Virus record (IMG/VR): IMGVR_UViG_3300043640_000359
Location: 1-59,537 of that record
DNA length: 59,537 nt
Reading direction: 5' to 3' (one strand)
From: a virus
Lineage: Duplodnaviria; Caudoviricetes
Shown here piece after piece: positions 46,269 through 55,336 of the stretch (positions are counted from its first letter, which is position 1; every line of letters starts with the position of its first letter). The position numbers and the translations under genes were made by a program. The notes beneath the pieces are model-generated. The model saw only the letters and a list, made by a program, of their open reading frames with translations. It did no database searches and was not told the DNA's origin.

Positions 46269-47143
46269 TCGACCACCTCCCACGACTCCAGCATCTCGCA
46301 GATGTACATCGGCATCACTCCTGGGGTAGCCTTGCCGCGCGTGTAGGAGTAGTCGCCGATCTTCTCCCCGCTCAAGGACGTGTCCTTGTTGCGGTTCTTG
46401 TAGCGGTACTTCACCATCTCGATGCAGGCCATCTCAATGGTGGCCGGGAGGTTGGCCACCTCCACCGAAACCTCCTGATCGGTGGGGCCTTCGTTGGTCA
46501 GCGGCTGGAGGACCGTGAGGGTCTCGTCGTCGACCCGGCGCGTAACCGTCCACACGCCGTTATTACGCGTTCCGGAGAACCCGCTCAGGCGGACACGGTC
46601 CCCGGCCACCAACATCGGCCAGAGCCCACCGGGCCACCTTATTGACCTATCCTCGGCCACAAGGGAGATCCCCGAGGCGAGAACGTTGTCGTCGGCGACC
46701 AGATACCCTCCGGTATAGTCGGCTTCCCACCCCTGATAGCCTTCGGCCGGGGTCAGGAACCTGGTGATGTAGTCGCCATAGCGCCGGTTGTCGTTGAACC
46801 GGCTGTTCAGGTAGAGGATGCCGGCGTTCCGGTCCCGCACCTGGACACCCGACACGGTCACGGCTGGCTGGATACCGATGTATCCGCCACGCACCGCGTC
46901 CAACGCCGCCACAGGCCGGCGCGTGATCATGGCGGTGGGCAACCCCGAGCCAACCAGCTGCTCGGTGACACCCTCACGCACGAACTCGCGATCGGTGAAC
47001 GCCACAATGGCATTCGTGGCGTCGCTGATGTACCGCTGCAGGAGTCCGTCTGTGCCGCTGGCCGAGACGAACTCCTGCTTCACTCGTGACAGCGAAGTGA
47101 AGTTGCGGTTCTGCGCGGGTACGCGTACCGTGACCGTGTTCAT
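46265..47143 (-). CDS. Head-tail adaptor (gp6-like) with inserted beta domain
   Basis: SLSRVKQ, YTGGY, LPATIEMAC and EKIGDYSY. Confidence 0.75.
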   Translation of the reverse strand: MNTVTVRVPAQNRNFTSLSRVKQEFVSASGTDGLLQRYISDATNAIVAFTDREFVREGVTEQLVGSGLPTAMITRRPVAALDAVRGGYIGIQPAVTVSGVQVRDRNAGILYLNSRFNDNRRYGDYITRFLTPAEGYQGWEADYTGGYLVADDNVLASGISLVAEDRSIRWPGGLWPMLVAGDRVRLSGFSGTRNNGVWTVTRRVDDETLTVLQPLTNEGPTDQEVSVEVANLPATIEMACIEMVKYRYKNRNKDTSLSGEKIGDYSYTRGKATPGVMPMYICEMLESWEVVE

Positions 47144-47150
47144 GATGGAC

Positions 47151-47348
47151 CTACTTCTGAACTCCGCCGGTCTGCTGACGGTTGTTGCCTGGCTGCGCCG
47201 TACGCGTGTCCTGCGTCACGTGCCGCTCGGCAATGCCCTTGGCCACCAGCTTCGAGGCGGTGTCCGAGGAGAACCCGGCGAGCTCACCCACCGCGTACGG
47301 CTGATACGACTTCTTGAACTTCACGATTTCCTTCTGCGTTTCCATCAC
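47151..47348 (-). CDS. Small head-associated protein
   Basis: VKFKK..YAVGELAGF..ASKLVAKGIAE. Confidence 0.65.
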   Translation of the reverse strand: MMETQKEIVKFKKSYQPYAVGELAGFSSDTASKLVAKGIAERHVTQDTRTAQPGNNRQQTGGVQK

Positions 47349-48543
47349 TGGCCTCCTGTACCGACGGTTTGTGTTCGTGCTGTTCGAGCACGTGGGTCAG
47401 TGTGTCGGAGAACACCTCCCCAATAGCGTGCCAGTCGAAGCGCGGCTCCACGGCGCGTGCATAGGCACGACGCGCATAGTCTTCGCGCATCTCCCGGTTG
47501 CGATAGAGCGTATCCATGGCGGCAACAAACGCGGTCTCGTCCGGAATGCCGCCGATGGTATTGGGTCCCTGGTTCACGACGAGCGCGGAGCAGGGGACGA
47601 CCCACGCCGCGTTCGCCATCCACTCTTGACAGGCGGACCATCCCCCCACGATCTGTGCACGGCGACATGCCATGCCTTCGTGTTGCGTGAGGCCCCACCC
47701 CTCACCAACGGCCGTCGAGATCTGGACATCGAAGCTGTTGTAGATGGCGGCGAGGATCTGCGCGTTGACCCCCACACCCACTTGCATCTTGGGATTCGTG
47801 ACGATGATCCGCTCCTCGACACCCAGGTAGCGGGCCAGCCGGATGAAGTCGATCCCCGCGGCGTCGTCGATCGATGCGTGGAGATACAGATACGCATTGT
47901 CCGGCTCTCCTGCCTGACGCCACCAGCGCGCGAAGTACAACACCGACAGGTCCATTCGCTTGCGCGTGCTGTTGCGGTTCACGTTCCCGAAAATGAACGC
48001 GTCCGCGGGCAACTGACCGAGACCCGCCATCGCGCGGGCATCCTTCTGGTCCATGGGTCGAAACACGTTGCTATCGACCCCGTGCGGAATCACCGAGATG
48101 GGGCCACGGTAGCCGCTCTCGTGCATTTCCTCGGTGCCGAAATTCGTGTACATGATGGCGTGCGCCAGACCCCCCAGGTCCTTACCCCACCGCATGTTGC
48201 GACCGTCCACCGGCATGTAGCCAATCAACGGTTGCGGCATAGCGTAGAACTCCATGGCCTTGACGAACTCCACCACGTTCCAGGGGTCGTTGTTCACCAG
48301 CACCACGTCGGGCTTCTCAGCGTCGACCACCTTGTCGAGCAGGTTCAGACCCCACACGTCACCACCCGAGAGCGCCGGCCAGATGTTGTAGGGAAACTTG
48401 TGCGGGAAGCCGGCGTAGTTCACACCCAGCACCGCCACGTCCCACCCCGCGTCCATCAGGCGCGGCAACACCGAGTGCGTGACACGCGCAAAGCCGGTGT
48501 GGATCACCGCGTCGCCGATCCAGAGCACCTTAGGCTTTTGCAT
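47284..48543 (-). CDS. Glycosyltransferase, GT4-like
   Basis: TGFARV, PHGVD, NRN..RK and EGWGL...EGMAC. Confidence 0.9.
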   Translation of the reverse strand: MQKPKVLWIGDAVIHTGFARVTHSVLPRLMDAGWDVAVLGVNYAGFPHKFPYNIWPALSGGDVWGLNLLDKVVDAEKPDVVLVNNDPWNVVEFVKAMEFYAMPQPLIGYMPVDGRNMRWGKDLGGLAHAIMYTNFGTEEMHESGYRGPISVIPHGVDSNVFRPMDQKDARAMAGLGQLPADAFIFGNVNRNSTRKRMDLSVLYFARWWRQAGEPDNAYLYLHASIDDAAGIDFIRLARYLGVEERIIVTNPKMQVGVGVNAQILAAIYNSFDVQISTAVGEGWGLTQHEGMACRRAQIVGGWSACQEWMANAAWVVPCSALVVNQGPNTIGGIPDETAFVAAMDTLYRNREMREDYARRAYARAVEPRFDWHAIGEVFSDTLTHVLEQHEHKPSVQEASDGNAEGNREVQEVVSAVRGG

Positions 48544-49447
48544 AACGCACCATCTCCCACCAGTCCGTCATGAGACGGTCCCACGCAAACCTATCGGCCA
48601 CATGCGCGCGCTCCGCCGGCGTCACCGGTCGTGTCTTGCCACCAAAGAGCGTGGCCAAGTCACTTTCCACATCTGCCGGTGCGCGCTCGGTGATGTAGTC
48701 CGCGTGTTCACCGAACCAGTGACGGTAGTGCGGCGCGTCCAGCATCACCGGCCGCGCACCACACATGAGACCTTCCAACGCCGGCATCTCGAAGCCTTCG
48801 ATGCGCCGCATCCCGGCCACCCACCGGCACTGGTTGTACTGCTCCACCAGCTGACGGTCCGAGATGCCCGACATGAACGACACGTTCTGGTAGCCGGCGT
48901 CGAGCACTTGCTGCAGGACTGGGCCGAGATGGAACACGCGGCCGTCGTGAGAGGACGCCGCGGAAATGCACTCCATCACGCACTCAGTGTCGGCAATGTA
49001 GCCGCTGGTCCCCACCATGTACGACTTGCGTGGCATAGGACCCGGTGTGAAGATGCTCGGCTCCGCGCCCATGGGTGCGTGGAGGAAGGTGAAGCCCAGC
49101 AGGTCGTCCGGCTGCAACAGGCCGGTCTCCACTGCCAGTTTTGGCAGATCGTAGTAGCTCCACACCACGCGCGCACCGCGCCAGAGGTCGAGCCACCGTG
49201 GGGAGGCCGGGTTCTCTGTGGTCCGGTAGCAGTACTGCACCACCCCGTACGGTTTGCCGCTGGCCAGCCAATCGGCCACGGGTCCGTCGAGCGAGCCCAG
49301 GCCGATGACGTGGAACACGGCGAAGTCTGCACTCGCCATGCGCGGCGTGAACAGCACGTCGTTCGGCGCGTGCGCCTTCATGGCGCCGGCCACCCGATGG
49401 ATGCCCTGGCTCAGATGACTAGGCACCACCTCTACGAAGGCCTTCAT
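48530..49447 (-). CDS. Glycosyltransferase, GT-B fold
   Basis: EGFEMPALEGLMCGARP (EX7E motif). Confidence 0.8.
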   Translation of the reverse strand: MKAFVEVVPSHLSQGIHRVAGAMKAHAPNDVLFTPRMASADFAVFHVIGLGSLDGPVADWLASGKPYGVVQYCYRTTENPASPRWLDLWRGARVVWSYYDLPKLAVETGLLQPDDLLGFTFLHAPMGAEPSIFTPGPMPRKSYMVGTSGYIADTECVMECISAASSHDGRVFHLGPVLQQVLDAGYQNVSFMSGISDRQLVEQYNQCRWVAGMRRIEGFEMPALEGLMCGARPVMLDAPHYRHWFGEHADYITERAPADVESDLATLFGGKTRPVTPAERAHVADRFAWDRLMTDWWEMVRYAKA

Positions 49448-50133
49448 GGGTGCCTCACAATCTGCGACGCGTCGCACGCGATGGTGTAACCTTTGGCGCG
49501 GACATCCTCACCGAAGCCGATGAGGCACGCGTCGTTGATAATGCGGCATTCGCGCGCCACATATCCGCGCATCAGGAACGCCGAGCCCACGCTGTCCATG
49601 TCGCGGGTGAGCTGGCCGTCGTGCCGGCACTCGCCGTGATACGGATAGAACGGACCAAAGCGATGCCCGCTCTTGCGGAACACGAAGATGTCGTAGAACG
49701 CCGCACCCGCCATGCAGAGCGGCGCAATGACATCCACCGATTCCAACATGATGCGCATGGCAAGCGACTCCACGGTGGTGGGGTCCCACTGCAGATCGCT
49801 CTCCACGTACCATACCAGGTCGTCGGTCTCGCCTACCGACGCCAAGCCGGCATTACCGAGCGCCGACAATGCCCGGAGTCGCGCGGGTTCCTCTGTGCTG
49901 CCGAACACCGGACCGCCGTGAGAATGTTCGACCAGCTGCAGGCGGAGGCCATGGCGTAGCGCCTCGAACTGGAGGACGTCAGCCGTGTTGTCAACGCAGT
50001 CACCGTAGACGGCAATGACACGCACCCCGTACGAAAGGCGGAGGACGTCGCGAAGCGCGGCGCAGCGCGCGAGGAACGCTTGTGCTTGGCCATGGGCGCT
50101 GTTCCGGAAGAAGGACAGGATGACGAGGTTCAT
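49444..50133 (-). CDS. Glycosyltransferase, GT-A fold
   Basis: GDCVDNT, WYVESD, FYD and DSVGS. Confidence 0.7.
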   Translation of the reverse strand: MNLVILSFFRNSAHGQAQAFLARCAALRDVLRLSYGVRVIAVYGDCVDNTADVLQFEALRHGLRLQLVEHSHGGPVFGSTEEPARLRALSALGNAGLASVGETDDLVWYVESDLQWDPTTVESLAMRIMLESVDVIAPLCMAGAAFYDIFVFRKSGHRFGPFYPYHGECRHDGQLTRDMDSVGSAFLMRGYVARECRIINDACLIGFGEDVRAKGYTIACDASQIVRHP

Positions 50134-50975
50134 CGCGGGTCCTCCATTTTGGCATTGCGGAGATAGGGCAGGTCGCCCATCGCCGCTTCACGCTCTTCAG
50201 CCGCGCGGACAACCTCGCGAAACGGCATCGTCGTGGTATCCTCGCCCACGGTCCACTTGGTGTTGAACGTGGTATTGAGCCGCTTGGCGGGCACGCCTCC
50301 CCAGATCTCGCCGGGTGGTACGTCCTTTGTCACCACCGCACCGGCACCAATGCGTGCGCCTTCGCCGATGGTGAGACCGGGCAGCACGGTGGCGCCGGCA
50401 TAGATGGTGGCGTTACGGCAGATGCGCGTCACGTAGCGCTGCACCATCTGCTCGGCGGCTGGGGCAACGGCGCTGCAGCTGACTGCCTCGGGGAGATTAC
50501 TCCCACTAAGCACCCGAGCGCCTGACCCAAAACTACTCCCATCTTCAAGGATCGTGGTCCCGCCACCGATACCAATATGACAGAAGCTGGCGATATGCAC
50601 GTGCCGCCCGATGCGCATACCGGTGCCACCTTCGAGTTTGACGAATGCGTCAATGCGTGCCTCGTGGTCAATGTAGATCATGTCCGCACGGATGGCCACG
50701 ATCTGGTCATCCACCAGGGTCTTGCCAGCGCGAAAGCCGAAGGCGTTGGCAAACGGCGGTGTGGCGCTCTTGCGACGCTGGCTCTGCTCGTACTGGTATA
50801 CCGCGTCCTCGACCGTGTCGAACGGACCAGCGTACAGATCGGGCTTCACGTCGTTGCGCAGATAGACACCCGGATGGGCCCACGGGCCATCGGGTCCTAC
50901 CACCAGGAACACCGACACCGGCGGGAACTCGCTGATGCGCTGATGCGCACCTTCATATTGCAGGTCAGGAACCAT
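50130..50975 (-). CDS. Hexapeptide-repeat (LbH) sugar acyltransferase
   Basis: IGRHVHI, VLPGLTIGEGARIGAGAVVTKDVP and WGGVPAK. Confidence 0.85.
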   Translation of the reverse strand: MVPDLQYEGAHQRISEFPPVSVFLVVGPDGPWAHPGVYLRNDVKPDLYAGPFDTVEDAVYQYEQSQRRKSATPPFANAFGFRAGKTLVDDQIVAIRADMIYIDHEARIDAFVKLEGGTGMRIGRHVHIASFCHIGIGGGTTILEDGSSFGSGARVLSGSNLPEAVSCSAVAPAAEQMVQRYVTRICRNATIYAGATVLPGLTIGEGARIGAGAVVTKDVPPGEIWGGVPAKRLNTTFNTKWTVGEDTTTMPFREVVRAAEEREAAMGDLPYLRNAKMEDPR

Positions 50976-52093
50976 TAGCGTGCCTCCACTTCACAAGCAT
51001 TGGCGAGCATCACACTGATGTGGGCCACGTCTGCGTCGGTCAGCCCACGATAGGTGGGTAGTGACAAACCGCGCATTGCAATCTCCTCCGCCACGGGGAA
51101 GTTTGCCGGTCGGCCGGTGTACATCGGCATGCGATGCAGGGGAACGAACACGGGTCGTGTCTCGACACCTCCTTCAGTTGCGAGCCGCCGCATGACGGCG
51201 TCGCGGTCTACGTACGGCGGCAATAGCACCGACATCAGCCAGTCGGCGCTGAGGATGGTCGCGTCCGCATTCTCCTGCCATTCCAAGTACGCCACCCCAT
51301 TCAGGTGCTGGCGATACATGGCGCACACCTCACGATGGGCCTTGGCATGCGCGTCGAAGTCCTCGAGCTGCGCACAGGCCACCGCGGCTTGCAGGTTCGT
51401 CATGCGGTAGTTGTAGCCCATCACTGGGTGGTAGTACCGGCGCGTCAAGGACATCCCCTGTCCGCGCAACAGGCGCATGCGGGTCTCGAGCTCCGGATTA
51501 GCCGTAGTGAGCAAGCCACCTTCGCCGGCCGTGATGATCTTGTTGCCGTAGAGGGAGAACATCCCGATGGTGCCCAGCGAGCCCACGGCTTCACCGGCCA
51601 CCGTGGCGCCATGCGCCTCGGCCGCGTCCTCGACCACCCACAGCTTATGGGCCTGGGCAAATTCGTTGATGCGCGTCATGTCGCAGGGTAGACCGTACAG
51701 GTGCACCGGGAGGATGCCCACGGTATGTTCGGTCACCTTGCTCGCCATGCTGTCCACCGTGAGGTTCCACGAGTGGGGATCCACATCACAGAGGACAGCG
51801 TTTGCGCCGCAGTAGGCCACCGCGTTCGCGGTCGCCACGTAGGTGAGCGTGGGCACCAGCACTTCGTCGCCCGGCTCCAGGTTGAGCGCCATCAGCGCGA
51901 GGTGCAATGCTACGGTTCCATTCATCACGGCCAACGCGTAGGGCGTTCCGCAACGTTCTGCCCAGTCCTGTTCAAGTTGAGTGACAAAGCGGCCGCTGCT
52001 GAGCGCGTTCTCCCGTACGCAGGCCAGCAGATAGTCCGCTTCATGTCCGCCAAGATATGGTTGGGCGACTGGATACCGTAACATTGCACTCAC
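50975..52093 (-). CDS. DegT/DnrJ family sugar aminotransferase (perosamine synthase-like)
   Basis: NGTVALHLAL, VEDAAEAHG, SLYGNKIITAGEGG (PLP lysine) and GYNYRMTNLQAA. Confidence 0.92.
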   Translation of the reverse strand: MSAMLRYPVAQPYLGGHEADYLLACVRENALSSGRFVTQLEQDWAERCGTPYALAVMNGTVALHLALMALNLEPGDEVLVPTLTYVATANAVAYCGANAVLCDVDPHSWNLTVDSMASKVTEHTVGILPVHLYGLPCDMTRINEFAQAHKLWVVEDAAEAHGATVAGEAVGSLGTIGMFSLYGNKIITAGEGGLLTTANPELETRMRLLRGQGMSLTRRYYHPVMGYNYRMTNLQAAVACAQLEDFDAHAKAHREVCAMYRQHLNGVAYLEWQENADATILSADWLMSVLLPPYVDRDAVMRRLATEGGVETRPVFVPLHRMPMYTGRPANFPVAEEIAMRGLSLPTYRGLTDADVAHISVMLANACEVEAR

Positions 52094-52109
52094 ACCCCTT
52101 CTAGAGAGC

Positions 52110-52181
52110 GGCCGGCTGTCCTACACACCGGATCACCGGAGGCACCACCGTGACCCAGTGTGGTGGCGTGGACAGCCGGCC
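52110..52181 (-). promoter_or_regulatory. Long intergenic stem-loop before the sugar operon
   Basis: 12-bp stem GGCCGGCTGTCC/GGACAGCCGGCC with inner pairing. Confidence 0.5.
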
Positions 52182-52193
52182 TTCTTGCGGAGC

Positions 52194-52676
52194 TTACATC
52201 CCTGACGGAACGGGGATGTGCTCGAGACCGCCGAGCGCGAAGATGCTCTGACCCAGCACTGCGGTGTCGGTACCGCTGGCGCTCAGATTCGGAGTGTACT
52301 TCACGCGCAGGTACCGCTTGGCACCCATGAGGTCAACGTTGACCGCGCCCACGCCGTTCGCCGCGACCACGGGTCCCGTCGGTGCGGTCTGCACCGTGAG
52401 GTTGGCCGATACGAAGGTGGTGGCATCGGACATCGTCGGCTCGTTGCCGTGTTCCAGGACCACCGCAAACGCCAGGGACTGTCCCGACGCCAGCGTGGTG
52501 AGGAACGGCTGCATGATCTTGCCGCTGCGTGCCCACGGACGACCCGTCGCCATGCGGTCGATGATCGGACCGGTCTGCTGTTGACCGTCCTGACCTGCGC
52601 CCGCCGTGATCGACAGATTCGCCCCTGCCACGACGCCGAAGAACGCGGCACCGCTGTTGTTCTGTGTCCAGTGCAT
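52194..52676 (-). CDS. Capsid decoration/cement protein
   Basis: Beta-rich, KRYLRV motif; follows the capsid gene; AAGGAG RBS. Confidence 0.7.
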   Translation of the reverse strand: MHWTQNNSGAAFFGVVAGANLSITAGAGQDGQQQTGPIIDRMATGRPWARSGKIMQPFLTTLASGQSLAFAVVLEHGNEPTMSDATTFVSANLTVQTAPTGPVVAANGVGAVNVDLMGAKRYLRVKYTPNLSASGTDTAVLGQSIFALGGLEHIPVPSGM

Positions 52677-52798
52677 GAGACGACTACTCCTTGTGAAACT
52701 ATCGTGAACGGTTGAACAGTTCAGAGAGGTGAGCCGGCCATCCTTGCCGGCCCTGACCTGGAGCGTACGTTACCGAACACTCTCACCTCTGCGGCGTC

Positions 52799-53998
52799 CT
52801 AGGCCGCGAACTGCCAGCTGAGGCCCGTCGCCACCGCGATGGACTGGTTGTGCCGCGCCGCGATGTCGTGCTCCTCGATCACGCGCATCAGCGTCTGATC
52901 CTTGCCGAACGCCGACTGGAGGTTGCCATCCTGGTCGACGTAGGCCGCTTCGGTGGACACGGCCACTTCCACGTTCACGGTCTGACCGATGGCGATGTCG
53001 TCGAAGTCCACCAGGTACGCTTCGCTCGCGTCACCGCCCACGCCGAGGTTGTTCGGCAGCTGCGTGGTGGTACGGAACGGGTAGCCCCAGAACTTCCCGG
53101 TCATCATCTCGTCACGGAACGCGTAGACGCCCAGCGCGTTGCGCAGCGTCATGAGGAACATCTTCGTACGCGGCGTGAAGATCCAGCCCATGTTGGTGAA
53201 GGCCACGTTCGCCTCTTCCAACTTGAGGATCATGGTCGCCAGGACGGCAGTGACGCCTTCCAGGGTCTGCGGATACGCGCTGGCATCCACGAAGTTCTCC
53301 GGAGCCGCCCAGTAGCGAATGCCCTTGGGGGTGAACTGCGTGCCCTGCGCACGGATAAAGGAGTAGTCTTCCTTCAGTGCCAGCGAACGGAGCACGTCGT
53401 TGCGTACGATGGTCTGTGCCTGCGAGCCGGCCCGGCGGATCAGGTCGTTGCTGATCGGCACCAGCGCCATCAGCTTCTTCGCCTGCAGCACGACGTTGTC
53501 GAACGCCGGCTGGCTGATGGTGGGCTGCATGCTCTCGCCCACGTACTCGGCCGTGGTCGCCGCGGCGATACGCGGGATCTGGAGCACGCCGCTCGACATC
53601 GGCACCTGGATCGGATTGAACGAGCGGACCACGGCACGTGGCCGCAGCAGTTCGATGATGTCGCTGGACACCTCGGGTTCGATCAGCAGGCCACCGCTGC
53701 CCGCCGTGCTGGCTTCGAGCGCCTTGACCACGGCATCGTTCTTCGCGATGGTCTTGGCGTACTCGATGGCCTTGCTGACGCCCTCACGGCCGGCATGCGC
53801 CAGCGCCATGGTGACGCCGGCGAAGACCAGGCCGCGCTCTTCGGTCTGCGGCGGTGCCGCCTTCTGATTGTGCGCGAGCAGGATGGACTCTCCGAGGCTC
53901 GGTGCCTTGAGTGCGGCTTCGACCGCGGCTTTCACGCGATCGGCAACGTCGTCGCCCACCACGTCCTTGATCATAGCGATCAGTTCTTCCTTCTTCAT
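52799..53998 (-). CDS. Major capsid protein, HK97 fold
   Basis: GGLLI.PE..IIELLRP, YVGES and KKLMALVPISNDL. Confidence 0.95.
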   Translation of the reverse strand: MKKEELIAMIKDVVGDDVADRVKAAVEAALKAPSLGESILLAHNQKAAPPQTEERGLVFAGVTMALAHAGREGVSKAIEYAKTIAKNDAVVKALEASTAGSGGLLIEPEVSSDIIELLRPRAVVRSFNPIQVPMSSGVLQIPRIAAATTAEYVGESMQPTISQPAFDNVVLQAKKLMALVPISNDLIRRAGSQAQTIVRNDVLRSLALKEDYSFIRAQGTQFTPKGIRYWAAPENFVDASAYPQTLEGVTAVLATMILKLEEANVAFTNMGWIFTPRTKMFLMTLRNALGVYAFRDEMMTGKFWGYPFRTTTQLPNNLGVGGDASEAYLVDFDDIAIGQTVNVEVAVSTEAAYVDQDGNLQSAFGKDQTLMRVIEEHDIAARHNQSIAVATGLSWQFAA

Positions 53999-54051
53999 CT
54001 GCGTCTCCCTCCTGGAGAGTGATAGTCCCGTGTTACGGTAGCGGTGAACTT

Positions 54052-55332
54052 CTAGCGGACAGCACCCGTCGCTTCGCGAATGGCGTCCTGCACGGCCGCC
54101 AGAATCACGTCGCCGACCGTTTGCCGTACGACCTCCGCCTCGGTTCCGCTACCGGCCGTGGCGGGAGTGTTGGCCTTGGCTGGCTCGTCGTCCAGCGTCA
54201 GCACCTCTTCCTCGTCGAGCGACAGCACATGCACGTCGTCGTCGACGGGGTCATTCTTGGCCACCGGAAGTTCGCTGTCGTCCAGCGTCATGATGTCTTC
54301 CGGGTCGTGTTCTTTCGCCACCGGCGGATCGTCCGCCTTGGGCGTCTCGGTGGTGGCGGGATCGGCCGCTGCGGGATCGGCCGCGGGCGGATCCACGTCC
54401 TCCAGTTGCGCCAACACCTCGCCGATGCTGTCGCTGGCGCTCCGGAGCTTGTCCTCGTTCTTCTTCGACAGGGTCCGGCCGGCCTTGATGCTGTCCACCA
54501 GCGCCACCTTCACCGCAGTGAGCGCCTTCACCGGGTCCACGGTCTCGTCGCCGGGGTTGCCGGTTGCGGGTGGTTCGGGCGTGTCCTCCGCCTTGGGCTC
54601 TGGCGGGTCCGCCTTGGCGTCGTCGCTCTTGGGCACCCGAAGCTCCTGGAGCACGAGGAACAACGGCTTCCCGGCCGGGTCAGAGGCCTTCCGCAGCCGT
54701 TCCAGACCCTCGCGCTCGGGGGTGGACGCGCCGTCGGCCCGTTGGCAGGCGTCCAGCGCGCGTTCCGCCCAGCTCTTCATGGGCAACGTGTCGATGCCGG
54801 CACTCCGCGCGGCAATCAGGGCGTCAGGATGGGCCGGCACGGGCACACAGCTGTATTCCAACAGCTCCTGCTTGAGGAAGTCAATGCCGAACGGCCGCTC
54901 GTCGCCACTGACGAACTTGTAGTCCTTGGGCGCAAAGCCCACCGACACCGCACGCATGTACCCTTGCAGGTACATCTGGAAGATCATGAAGCCGAACGGG
55001 TACATATCGCGCGGCGTGAACTGCGACCGCGACATCAGGTTGCCGGCGTCCTTCCACACGTTGAGCGCTTGCGCCACGGGTGGGTTCCAGTTGTCGTGCG
55101 CGAACAGCACCACGGGGTTGTTCAGGTAGTGGTCCAGTTCCCATCCGTCCTGGTTCACGGTATCGCTCTGGCGATCGATGGTCCCGAGCGAAATGGTGAA
55201 GTCGATGGTGCGGGCCGCTTCGTCCACGGCCTTGGCATTCGTGAGGGCGAAGCCTTTCAGAATGCCCTGGACATCCTTGCGTTCCGCCTCGGGCATTTTG
55301 CGAAACACTTCGATCGGGATCATCTTCCGCAT
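54052..55332 (-). CDS. HK97-type prohead protease with acidic scaffold-like tail
   Basis: NPVVLFAH, SVGF and LLEYSCVPVPA. Confidence 0.9.
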   Translation of the reverse strand: MRKMIPIEVFRKMPEAERKDVQGILKGFALTNAKAVDEAARTIDFTISLGTIDRQSDTVNQDGWELDHYLNNPVVLFAHDNWNPPVAQALNVWKDAGNLMSRSQFTPRDMYPFGFMIFQMYLQGYMRAVSVGFAPKDYKFVSGDERPFGIDFLKQELLEYSCVPVPAHPDALIAARSAGIDTLPMKSWAERALDACQRADGASTPEREGLERLRKASDPAGKPLFLVLQELRVPKSDDAKADPPEPKAEDTPEPPATGNPGDETVDPVKALTAVKVALVDSIKAGRTLSKKNEDKLRSASDSIGEVLAQLEDVDPPAADPAAADPATTETPKADDPPVAKEHDPEDIMTLDDSELPVAKNDPVDDDVHVLSLDEEEVLTLDDEPAKANTPATAGSGTEAEVVRQTVGDVILAAVQDAIREATGAVR

Positions 55333-55336
55333 GACG

